Shown: positions 30,769-39,065 of the stretch, piece by piece
Layout of the letters: each line of letters opens with the position of its first letter
How positions within the stretch are numbered: the stretch's first letter is position 1
Origin: Syntrophorhabdaceae bacterium
GTDB lineage: Bacteria; Desulfobacterota; Syntrophorhabdia; Syntrophorhabdales; Syntrophorhabdaceae
Assembly (NCBI GenBank): GCA_963666485.2
Contig: CAXXUO010000009.1
Span: 128,001 to 192,000 of the forward strand
Direction of reading: 5' to 3'
DNA length: 64,000 nt
Translations under genes and position numbers: made by a program
Notes under the pieces: generated by a model
What the model saw: the letters and a program-made list of their open reading frames with translations, nothing else
Database searches by the model: none
Told to the model about the DNA's origin: nothing

Positions 30769-31585
30769 TCCCGTTCAGCGGAGCGTTCATGCTGCCTGTC
30801 CGGTATCCCTTGAGGTCGAGAGACACATACGTAAAGCCGAAACCAGCGAGTTTATCGGCTATGTCATTTCTGTATTCGAGGACGGTCGGCAGGTCGTTCG
30901 GCTCAACCTCGATGCGGGCCGTGTTTCCCTCGTGCCGGACACGTACCTGTGATATCCCCAGGCTCCTGATGAATGCCTCGGAAAGCTCTACCCTCTTCAA
31001 CCGGTCAGCTGTGATTGCGGTACCGTACGGAATCCGCGACGCGAGGCACGCCTGGGCGGGCTTGTTGTGGGTGGGAAGTCCGAGTTCCTCCGACAGCCGC
31101 CTGACATCATTTTTCGACAACCCGGCTTCGAGGAGCGGGCTTTGAACGCCGGCTTCGAGACACGCCTTCCTTCCGGGCCGGAAGTCCTCGAGATCATCGA
31201 CATTGGAGCCTTCAAGGATATGGGTAAAGCCCTCTTTCGTGATGACGTCCCGTATGGTCTTGAACAGTTCCGTCTTGCAGTGATAGCAGCGGTCGGGGTT
31301 ATTCGCGATATAAGCGGGGTTGTCCATTTCGACACCGTTGACCACGAGAAGGCGTGCCCCGAACGACCGGGCCAACGCCAGTGCCTCGTTCTTTTCCGCC
31401 TCAGGGTATGAAGGCGAAACCGCGGCAACGGCAACGACGTTCTCGCCTCCCAGGCAATCAAGGCTCGCCTTCAGCAGGAAGGTGCTGTCGACCCCGCCGG
31501 AAAACGCAACGGCCGCTTTTCCCAGGGACCTTATGATCCCCTGTAATTTCTCATATCGTGTATGTAATCCCTTTTCATCAGGCAT
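30749..31585 (-). CDS. larE: LarE-family ATP-dependent sulfur transferase
   Basis: AFSGGVDS, RCYHCK, DFRPG, ACLASRIPYG, VRVRH, GYRTGSMN. Confidence 0.9.
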   Translation of the reverse strand: MPDEKGLHTRYEKLQGIIRSLGKAAVAFSGGVDSTFLLKASLDCLGGENVVAVAAVSPSYPEAEKNEALALARSFGARLLVVNGVEMDNPAYIANNPDRCYHCKTELFKTIRDVITKEGFTHILEGSNVDDLEDFRPGRKACLEAGVQSPLLEAGLSKNDVRRLSEELGLPTHNKPAQACLASRIPYGTAITADRLKRVELSEAFIRSLGISQVRVRHEGNTARIEVEPNDLPTVLEYRNDIADKLAGFGFTYVSLDLKGYRTGSMNAPLNGNDDDLG

Positions 31586-31640
31586 GACAAATATTTATCT
31601 CCTCGCGAGGCACATCACAACGAGGAAGATATCACAAACA

Positions 31641-31664
31641 GCGTCCCCATACAAATCGGGACGC
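31641..31664. terminator. Hairpin between cysK and larE (possible terminator/attenuator)
   Basis: GCGTCCC...GGGACGC inverted repeat. Confidence 0.4.
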
Positions 31665-31709
31665 CGTTCTCTATCTCCTTACTCCTTACTCCTCACTATC
31701 CCCATTCGC

Positions 31710-32705
31710 TCATATAGGAATATCGGACGCCCCCGCGGATTCGAGCCCGCCAAGGATCCCTTCGAAAAGGGCGGTGGACAGGTAGCGCTCACCGGCATCC
31801 GGCAGGACGACGACGATCCTTTTCCCGGCATTTTCGCGTTCATTGGCGAGCTTCACTGCCACGTGCGCGGCGGCCCCGCATGATATGCCGCTCAATATGC
31901 CTTCCTCCCGGGAAAGGCGGCGGGCCATCTCTATGGCTTCTTCGTTGCTCACCGTCTCGATGCGGTCGACAAGGGAGAGGTCGAGGACCTTCGGCACAAA
32001 GCCCGCCCCGATACCCTGGATCTTGTGAGGCCCGGGCTTTAATTCCTCACCATTCCTGGTCTGGGTCAAAATGGGAGAATGTATCGGCTCGACTGCAACA
32101 GACATGATCTTTTTGCCCCTGGTCAGCTTAAAATACCTGCTGACCCCTGTAATCGTTCCGCCGGTCCCCACGCCGGAAACGAAAGTGTCCATATCCCCGT
32201 CCGTGTCGTTCCACAGTTCAACGGCGGTTGTCGCCTCATGAATGGCCGGGTTTGCGGGGTTCTCGAACTGCTGGGGAAGAAAATAGCGCGACGGGTCGCT
32301 CTTCGCGATCTCTTCGGCCTTTGCAACAGCCCCCTTCATGCCTTTCGCACCCTCAGTAAGGATGATATTGGCACCGAGGACCCTCAACACCTTGCGCCTC
32401 TCAAGCGACATAGTCTCCGGCATCGTCAGGGTAACCTTATAGCCCCGCGCTGCACCCACGAATGCGAGGGCGATCCCCGTATTACCCGATGTCGGCTCGA
32501 TTATCTCCATGCCCGGTTTCAACCTTCCGCTCTTTTCCGCATCCCACACCATGGCTGCGCCTATCCTGCATTTCACGGAATAGGAAGGATTTCTCCCTTC
32601 CACCTTGGCGAGGACAACAGCCCTTGCATTGCCGACAACTTTATTCAGCCTGACAAGCGGTGTCCTGCCAATCGAAAACGAATTATCGTCAAATATATTT
32701 CCCAT
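31710..32705 (-). CDS. cysK: Cysteine synthase A
   Basis: [49 protein letters not shown]. Confidence 0.97.
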   Translation of the reverse strand: MGNIFDDNSFSIGRTPLVRLNKVVGNARAVVLAKVEGRNPSYSVKCRIGAAMVWDAEKSGRLKPGMEIIEPTSGNTGIALAFVGAARGYKVTLTMPETMSLERRKVLRVLGANIILTEGAKGMKGAVAKAEEIAKSDPSRYFLPQQFENPANPAIHEATTAVELWNDTDGDMDTFVSGVGTGGTITGVSRYFKLTRGKKIMSVAVEPIHSPILTQTRNGEELKPGPHKIQGIGAGFVPKVLDLSLVDRIETVSNEEAIEMARRLSREEGILSGISCGAAAHVAVKLANERENAGKRIVVVLPDAGERYLSTALFEGILGGLESAGASDIPI

Positions 32706-32750
32706 AACACTCCCTCCTTCAAGGCCCTTGCCCGGGAATCGTTTTGAATT

Positions 32751-32767
32751 CCTACCTAAATGATAGG
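32751..32767. promoter_or_regulatory. Putative Rrf2 operator 3 (CCTA-N9-TAGG)
   Basis: CCTACCTAAATGATAGG, same 3-bp offset from the -10 box as operator 1. Confidence 0.68.
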
Positions 32768-32770
32768 ATT

Positions 32771-32799
32771 AGTATAAAAAAGACTTCTGCCGATGTCAA
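32771..32799 (-). promoter_or_regulatory. sigma70 promoter of cysK
   Basis: Minus strand TTGACA-17bp-TATACT. Confidence 0.8.
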
Positions 32800-32810
32800 T
32801 AACATAATAC

Positions 32811-32960
32811 AGGCAATGGGCGATAGGCTATGGGCAATGGGGAAGCGGCAATGAACCCGAGTCCATCCTATCGCCTATCGCCCATTGCCTATCGCCCATC
32901 GCCTATCGCCCATCGCCTATCGCCCATCGCCTATCGCCCATTGCCTATCGCCTATCGCCC
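32811..32960. repeat. Inverted heptamer tandem-repeat element, GGCGATR family
   Basis: About 4 left units (AGGCAAT/GGGCGAT) and about 13 right units (CCTATCG/CCCATCG/CCCATTG). Confidence 0.92.
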
Positions 32961-33050
32961 AATTCCCTGTATTATTCATTTGACCCGACCGCTCATTAGT
33001 GATAGTTTTTTTTACCGGCAAATCTCAGCGACAACTTTGGAGGAGGATGT

Positions 33051-33497
33051 ATGAAGGCAACTATCTTTGCAGTTTTGGCTATGGTTCTTGCCCTGGCATG
33101 GTGCGGGGGAACGCAGGCCGCGGACCTCAATATGAAAGATGGCCTGTGGGAGATCACGACGAAGACGGAGATAAAAGGGATGCCGGGAAATGTCCCGCCT
33201 ACAAAGATGAAGCAGTGCATGACACAAAAGGATAATGTCCCGCAGCAGCAACCGGGTGAGAAGGGCAAGAACCCGAACTGCAAGATGACGGAGAACAAGG
33301 TCAGCGGCAATACGGTAACATGGACCATGGTCTGCAATGAAAAGGACGGGACTATGGAAAACAAGGGCCAGACGACTTACAAGGGCGACACATTTGACGG
33401 GACGTCGGTCCTGACGATGAAAGATAAAAGCGGGAAGACCCAGCAGATCACGAGCAAAATGAGCGGCAAACGCCTTGGGCCCTGCGACAAGAAATAA
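33051..33497 (+). CDS. Exported DUF3617-like protein
   Basis: Signal peptide, GLWEIT, conserved Cys, GKRLGPC; SD GGAGG. Confidence 0.8.
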   Translation: MKATIFAVLAMVLALAWCGGTQAADLNMKDGLWEITTKTEIKGMPGNVPPTKMKQCMTQKDNVPQQQPGEKGKNPNCKMTENKVSGNTVTWTMVCNEKDGTMENKGQTTYKGDTFDGTSVLTMKDKSGKTQQITSKMSGKRLGPCDKK

Positions 33498-34579
33498 TGC
33501 CCGAATCGAGGACCACTGTGAAGATCAAAACGAAGCTCAGCAAGAAAACCAGGATACACGAGGTCGACTTCGACAACCTTGAATTCGGGGTCGATTTCTC
33601 CGACCATATGTACTATGTCGATTATAGCGACGGCGCGTGGAAAGAGCCCCGCATTGAGCCGTACGGGCCGATGAAGATGTACCCGGCGCTCTCGACGCTG
33701 CATTACGGGCAGGCCGTCTTCGAAGGCCTCAAGGCATTCCTCGGGATCGACGGGAAGATACGCCTGTTCCGTGCCGACAAGAACCATGAACGGTACAACA
33801 TGTCCTGCGAGCGCATGTGCATCCCGACCTTATCCTGGGAGTTGTGGTTCGAGGGCATGAAAAAACTGATAGAAATAGACAAGGAGTGGATACCGAAGAA
33901 GCGCGGGTGTTCCCTGTATATCAGGCCCTTTATATTCGCGACCGATAACTTTCTCGGCGTCAGGGTCTCCTATTCATACCGCTTCATGATCATAACATCG
34001 CCGGTCGGGGCCTACTACAAGGAAGGCTTGAACCCCGTGAAGCTCATTACGTCAGGGGAGTTCGTCCGCGCCGTCAAGGGAGGCCTCGGTGCCGTAAAGA
34101 CGCCCGCCAATTATGCAGCATCCCTGTATCCCGGTGAGGTCGCTAAGAAAAAAGGGTTTACGCAGGTCCTCTGGCTCGACGGGATCGAGAACCGCTGTAT
34201 CGAAGAGGTCGGGACAATGAACATCATGTTCGTCCTCGACGGCACGATCGTCACGCCTCCCCTCGAAGGATCGATCCTGCCGGGCGTTACCCGGAACTCC
34301 GTCATATCGCTCGCCAAGCACTGGGGGATCCCCGTCGAGGAGCGCAAGATCACGATCGACGAGGTCATGGCCGAGGCCAAGACCGGCCGTCTCCAGGAAG
34401 TGTTCGGCACCGGAACGGCAGCGGTTATCTCGCCTGTTGGCTGGATACAGCATGAGAATGACATGGTCACGATCCATAACGGCGAGATAGGGCCGCTATC
34501 ACAGAAACTGTACGATGAGATCACGGGGATGCAGTATGGTGAAAAGGCGGATCCGTTCGGGTGGTGTATAACGTTATAA
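33497..34579 (+). CDS. ilvE: Branched-chain amino acid aminotransferase
   Basis: FSDHM, LHYGQAVFEGLKA, SLYIRP, EEVGTMN, ILPGVTR, FGTGTAAVISP. Confidence 0.95.
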   Translation: MPESRTTVKIKTKLSKKTRIHEVDFDNLEFGVDFSDHMYYVDYSDGAWKEPRIEPYGPMKMYPALSTLHYGQAVFEGLKAFLGIDGKIRLFRADKNHERYNMSCERMCIPTLSWELWFEGMKKLIEIDKEWIPKKRGCSLYIRPFIFATDNFLGVRVSYSYRFMIITSPVGAYYKEGLNPVKLITSGEFVRAVKGGLGAVKTPANYAASLYPGEVAKKKGFTQVLWLDGIENRCIEEVGTMNIMFVLDGTIVTPPLEGSILPGVTRNSVISLAKHWGIPVEERKITIDEVMAEAKTGRLQEVFGTGTAAVISPVGWIQHENDMVTIHNGEIGPLSQKLYDEITGMQYGEKADPFGWCITL

Positions 34580-34581
34580 AG

Positions 34582-34693
34582 ACGGCTAACGGCGTACGGC
34601 GTACGGCTAACGGTAAAAAACAAAAAAAAACCCTTCCGGTAATACTTCGGAAGGGTTTTTCCGTTAGCCGTTAGCCGTTAGCCGTTAGCCGTT
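34582..34693. repeat. Inverted heptamer element, ACGGCTA/CCGTTAG family, enclosing a terminator hairpin
   Basis: ACGGCTA ACGGCGT ACGGCGT ACGGCTA ... (CCGTTAG)4. Confidence 0.9.
34622..34660. terminator. Bidirectional intrinsic terminator between convergent ilvE and ferritin-like genes
   Basis: A9-CCCTTCCG-loop-CGGAAGGG-T5. Confidence 0.85.
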
Positions 34694-35167
34694 CTTAAAT
34701 TTCTTTTCCATTTCGGCCAGCTTCATGAAGTGCTTGCGCTCTTCTTCTATGATCTTGTCTATTTCGGCGTAGTGCTTCTTATCAATAAATTCTTTGGCCT
34801 CGTGATAATAGAGGATCGAATCGACCTCGCGGCTCATGGCAAAACGTATTGCGCTGAGGGTGTCGAGGTTCCCGGACATGGCTTGGTCTTTTTCCTTCTT
34901 CGTAAACACAACTTTACCGTCGATATGATCTCTCAGGTACGCCGCATACTCACCATGATAGCTTTCAGCGGGCGGGTTCACATCGATTCCCTTCAGCATT
35001 TCGGCAAAGACCGTTTTGTGCCTTGCCTCTTCGTCGGCCATGAGATTGAAGAAATCTCTCACCTCTTTCGTCTCGGCATTGAGTGCGGCCTTGTGATAGA
35101 ACATCTCACCATCTTCCTCGATGCGCATTGCAAATTGAAGAATATCACCGGTGTTAAAAATACTCAT
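34685..35167 (-). CDS. Ferritin-like / rubrerythrin family protein
   Basis: IEEDGEMFY, DEEARH, EVDSILYY, EEERKH; start ATG 35167 after AAGGAGG. Confidence 0.88.
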   Translation of the reverse strand: MSIFNTGDILQFAMRIEEDGEMFYHKAALNAETKEVRDFFNLMADEEARHKTVFAEMLKGIDVNPPAESYHGEYAAYLRDHIDGKVVFTKKEKDQAMSGNLDTLSAIRFAMSREVDSILYYHEAKEFIDKKHYAEIDKIIEEERKHFMKLAEMEKKFKNG

Positions 35168-35290
35168 AACGTCCTCCTTCAAGGGGTTTGCCTATCGTCA
35201 AGCCCGGCCGGCATGACACAAACTACTAAATAATAGTACCGGGCATTACAATTGGCAATGGGTTGTATGACAAGTTTCTTTCGGAACCCG

Positions 35291-36007
35291 TTATTTCTCT
35301 GCCGACCCCCATTTTTTCAGGGAAAAACCCGACAATGTCTCATAAACCACGTAGCTGCCGTACCGGGCGAGATCGCCTGTGTTGAAGTATTGTTTGACCG
35401 CGCCCGTCTCGCGGACCTCGAAACTGTCCGGTATGTGCGAATGCGCGAGTATGACGATATCGTACCCTTCGGAAAATTTTTGCCCGGCATATTTCCTGTA
35501 TATATCCCGGACCATTTCCTTATATTCCTTACGGCTCTTCGACAGGAAAGGCCGGCAAAGGGACGCTATGGTCCATGTCAGTGACGGCCCGAAGATGTCC
35601 ATGACGCGGTAGAAGAAGGGACGTTTGAGGACCCGGGCCAGGGAAAGGTGGGCAAACCCGTCGCCGTGGGCAATATAAACCTTTTTCCCCTCACATTCGA
35701 GCGTCAATTCCTGCCGGCATGCAATACCCGTATATTTCTCGTAGTAATCGCCCATCAGGAATTCATGGTTGCCCTCGAGAAAATAGACCTGCTTGCCTCT
35801 TTCGACAAGTTTTTTCAGGCCGTCGGTCACGCTACGGTACCAGGGATAGATAAACCCGTCATACCCGTGATAAAAATCGAAGAGGTCCCCGAGGACCACG
35901 ACCGTGTCCGCGTCCTCGCAGCAATCGGTAACGAACCGCAAGACGAGCGCGGTCTTGTCCACGCTGGAACGGGTTATGTGGACATCGGAAAAAAAAACGA
36001 TCTTCAT
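35291..36007 (-). CDS. lpxH: UDP-2,3-diacylglucosamine diphosphatase (metallophosphoesterase)
   Basis: FFSDVH, LGDLFD, EGNHE, AHGD, AHSH, NTGD. Confidence 0.8.
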   Translation of the reverse strand: MKIVFFSDVHITRSSVDKTALVLRFVTDCCEDADTVVVLGDLFDFYHGYDGFIYPWYRSVTDGLKKLVERGKQVYFLEGNHEFLMGDYYEKYTGIACRQELTLECEGKKVYIAHGDGFAHLSLARVLKRPFFYRVMDIFGPSLTWTIASLCRPFLSKSRKEYKEMVRDIYRKYAGQKFSEGYDIVILAHSHIPDSFEVRETGAVKQYFNTGDLARYGSYVVYETLSGFSLKKWGSAEK

Positions 36008-36852
36008 GGGCTTAAGGGCCTTTCGGCCAGATAATCTTTCAGGGCATCCATCCAGTTGCGCATTTCAATACCCGTATCCCGGCGGAGCTTCCCGAGGTCG
36101 AAAACCGAGTATGCCGGCCTTCTCGCCTTCCTCGTAAGTTCATTGGATGATATCGGGACGATCTCCACGTCCATGCCGCGGATAGAAAAGATCGCCTTCG
36201 CAAGATCGTACCAGGTACATGACCCGCTATTGGATACGTGGTATATCCCCGCCAGGTTCTTCCTGATGATCGTTACAACCGGCATCGCAAGGTCCTTCGC
36301 ATACGTGGGCGAGCCGCACTGGTCGTTGACCACCTTGAGCCGTCCCTCGGTCTTTGCGATCTTCGTTACCTTGTCGATGAAGCTCGGGCCGCTGTGCCCG
36401 TAGAGCCATTCCGTTCGTATGACGGCGGCTGCTATGCCCCGTTCGGATATTTTCCGCTCACCGGCAAGTTTGGTGCGGCCATAGACGGACTCGGGGTTTG
36501 GCTCGTCATCTTCCCGGTACGGCGAGCCTTTCCTTCCGTCGAAAACATAATCTGTGCTGATATGGATAAGCCTGGTGTGATAGGCGTCGCAGAGGACGGC
36601 GAGTGTTGCCGGGCCTTTTGCGTTCGCTGCTTCGGCAAGCACTGCGTTATCCTCACAACCGTCGACGTCGGTCATCGCCGCCAGGTTTAAGAGGACATCG
36701 GGATGGTGAATGCCAAACATTTTTTTTCCGGCTGTTTCGGATGTGATGTCCCATTCATCGATATCATAGGAGACACATGCGAAATGTTCCCGGAGCACGG
36801 GCGTAATGCTTGTTCCCAATAAGCCTTTTCCGCCGGTTATGAGGACTTTCAT
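36004..36852 (-). CDS. rfbD: dTDP-4-dehydrorhamnose reductase
   Basis: ITGGKGLLG, HISTDYVFDG, YGRTKLAGE, DQCGSPT, RPAYS; start ATG 36852. Confidence 0.94.
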   Translation of the reverse strand: MKVLITGGKGLLGTSITPVLREHFACVSYDIDEWDITSETAGKKMFGIHHPDVLLNLAAMTDVDGCEDNAVLAEAANAKGPATLAVLCDAYHTRLIHISTDYVFDGRKGSPYREDDEPNPESVYGRTKLAGERKISERGIAAAVIRTEWLYGHSGPSFIDKVTKIAKTEGRLKVVNDQCGSPTYAKDLAMPVVTIIRKNLAGIYHVSNSGSCTWYDLAKAIFSIRGMDVEIVPISSNELTRKARRPAYSVFDLGKLRRDTGIEMRNWMDALKDYLAERPLSP

Positions 36853-37859
36853 CGGTTTCCGTACATTTTCTCGTAGTATGCGAGATACTCCCCGGTCTTG
36901 ATCCTTTCCCACCACTGCCTGTTGTTGACATACCACTCCACGGTCTCGCGCATACCCTGCGCAAAGTCGACGGACGGCCTGTAACCCAACTCGGAGGTGA
37001 TCTTCCCGGAGTCTATTGCATACCTGCGGTCATGCCCCGGCCTGTCTGTCACGTAGCGAATAAGGGATTCGGGCTTCCCCAGGACCGCGAGGACAAGCTT
37101 TACGATCTCTATGTTCGTCCTCTCATTGGACGCGCCGATATTGTAGACGTTTCCCGGCTGGCCATTATGCATGACGAGGTCGATCGCTGCGCAATGGTCC
37201 TTGACATGGATCCAGTCGCGCACGTTGAGGCCATCGCCGTATACGGGCAATTCCTTGTCTGCAAGGGCGTTCGTTATGATAAGCGGGATGAGCTTTTCGG
37301 GAAACTGGTACGGTCCGTAATTGTTCGAGCATCGCGTTATAACGACGGGCATCCCGAATGTCTTGAAGTATGCCATGGCGATGAGATCTGCCGAGGTCTT
37401 CGATGCGGAATAGGGGCTGTTCGGTGCAAGCGGGGTATCTTCCCGAAAAGCGCCGGTGCGACCGAGCGATCCGTAAACCTCGTCCGTCGATATCTGGATA
37501 AAGCGGCGCGTGTTGTGTTTTCGCGCCATCTCGAGGAGGTTGAACGTACCGTTGATGTTCGTCCTGATGAAGCTGTCGGGGTCCATGATGCTCCGGTCGA
37601 CGTGGGTCTCCGCCGCAAAGTTCACGATAACATCCACCGGTTTTGCAAAAATATTTTCAAGATCGGCTGCCGATGCGATATCTCCCCGGACGAAGGTATA
37701 CCTGTCGTCGCTTTCGCAATCCGCAAGGTTCTCGAGATTGCCCGCATACGTGAGCTTGTCGAAATTGATCAGAGTATAGTCGTATCTTTCGAGCATCCTG
37801 CGGACGAAGTTCGTGCCGATAAAGCCGCAGCCCCCTGTAACGAGAATCGTATCAGCCAT
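36849..37859 (-). CDS. rfbB: dTDP-glucose 4,6-dehydratase
   Basis: VTGGCGFIG, DKLTYAGN, AAETHVDRSI, STDEVYG, YSASK, DRPGHDRRY; start ATG 37859. Confidence 0.96.
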   Translation of the reverse strand: MADTILVTGGCGFIGTNFVRRMLERYDYTLINFDKLTYAGNLENLADCESDDRYTFVRGDIASAADLENIFAKPVDVIVNFAAETHVDRSIMDPDSFIRTNINGTFNLLEMARKHNTRRFIQISTDEVYGSLGRTGAFREDTPLAPNSPYSASKTSADLIAMAYFKTFGMPVVITRCSNNYGPYQFPEKLIPLIITNALADKELPVYGDGLNVRDWIHVKDHCAAIDLVMHNGQPGNVYNIGASNERTNIEIVKLVLAVLGKPESLIRYVTDRPGHDRRYAIDSGKITSELGYRPSVDFAQGMRETVEWYVNNRQWWERIKTGEYLAYYEKMYGNR

Positions 37860-38307
37860 CTTTCCTCTCCCAAGCGTATGGTATATCATTCGTGTGCGGG
37901 TCCACCCTGAACTCGTCGGGGTCCGAATAGTCGTACGGCATCGTCGGCGCATTGATTATCAACGCCTCGTCCTCGCTTATGCATTTCCATCCGTGGTATA
38001 CCATCCGCGGGACCTTGACGAGTTGCGGATTATGGTCGCCGATGTAGAAAACGTTGATCTCGCCCCGTGTGGCCGACCCCTCCCGGGCATCGTAGAGGAC
38101 CAGTTTTATCATCCCCTTGACACAGGTGATGTAGTCGTCCTGTTTTTTATGGTAATGCCAGGCCTTTACAACATGGGGATACGTCGTCGTCAGGTATACC
38201 TGGCCAAACCCGTTGAAGATGGCGTCGTCACTGCGGAGGATCTCCATCAACCGTCCCCTTTCGTCGGGGATAACCTTCAACTGTTTTACGGCAACGCTGT
38301 CTATCAT
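37852..38307 (-). CDS. rfbC: dTDP-4-dehydrorhamnose 3,5-epimerase family protein
   Basis: DERGRL, KAWHYH, YHG cupin motifs; start ATG 38307. Confidence 0.85.
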   Translation of the reverse strand: MIDSVAVKQLKVIPDERGRLMEILRSDDAIFNGFGQVYLTTTYPHVVKAWHYHKKQDDYITCVKGMIKLVLYDAREGSATRGEINVFYIGDHNPQLVKVPRMVYHGWKCISEDEALIINAPTMPYDYSDPDEFRVDPHTNDIPYAWERKDG

Positions 38308-38321
38308 ATCTTCACCCGCCC

Positions 38322-39050
38322 TTATCCGTTGTTTGCACCCGTCTGGGCGACGAGGACGCTCGCCCGGAGCAGGGATTCGAAGGTGCCCGCATCCGTCCAC
38401 CAGCCGTCAAGCATCTCCCAGGTCATTGTGCCGTCCCTGACATACGCGTTGTTGACATCAGTTATCTCGAGCTCGCCCCTTTCCGAAGGTTTCAGTGTTT
38501 TCACGATATCAAATACGCGGGCATCGTAGAGGTATATCCCGATGACCGCGAGGTTGCTCCGGGGATTTTTCGGTTTTTCCACGATGTTTATGAGCCTGTC
38601 GCCTTCGATCTCGGCAACCCCGAAACGTTCAGGATCGGGCACCTCTTTGAGCAGGATCTTGGCGCCGGCCTTCTGCTCGCTAAAATCACGCACGGCCTTG
38701 ATTATGTTGCGTTCTATAATATTATCTCCGAGAATAACGCAAACCGGTTCCCCGTCGGCGAAATACTCGGCAAGGGACAGGGCGTCGGCTATGCCCCCTT
38801 CGCCTTCCTGGTATGTATAATTAAGGTGCCTGAGTCCGAAATCCTTCCCGTTGCCCATGAGCCTTAAAAAATCTCCCGCGTGGTTCCCGCCGGTCACGAT
38901 GAGTATATCCGTTATCCCGGCCTTGATCAGCGCCTCGATCGGGTAGTAGATCATGGGTTTATCATATACAGGCAGAAGATGCTTGTTCGTTATGCGCGTA
39001 AGTGGTGCGAGCCGCGATCCCAAACCGCCGGCCAGAATTATACCTTTCAT
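38322..39050 (-). CDS. rfbA: Glucose-1-phosphate thymidylyltransferase (short form)
   Basis: GIILAGGLGSRL, NKHLLPVYDKPMIYY, EKP, SERGELEITD, WTDAGT. Confidence 0.88.
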   Translation of the reverse strand: MKGIILAGGLGSRLAPLTRITNKHLLPVYDKPMIYYPIEALIKAGITDILIVTGGNHAGDFLRLMGNGKDFGLRHLNYTYQEGEGGIADALSLAEYFADGEPVCVILGDNIIERNIIKAVRDFSEQKAGAKILLKEVPDPERFGVAEIEGDRLINIVEKPKNPRSNLAVIGIYLYDARVFDIVKTLKPSERGELEITDVNNAYVRDGTMTWEMLDGWWTDAGTFESLLRASVLVAQTGANNG

Positions 39051-39065
39051 GGTATTAACCTCCTG

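Noticed and set aside
31675..31702. CTCCTTA-type heptamer run after cysK
   Set aside because: Only one arm is visible, so it was not counted as a full inverted element
32830..33054. Small ORF with (SPIAYRP)-like peptide repeats
   Set aside because: It is a translation of the heptamer repeat, with no other coding evidence
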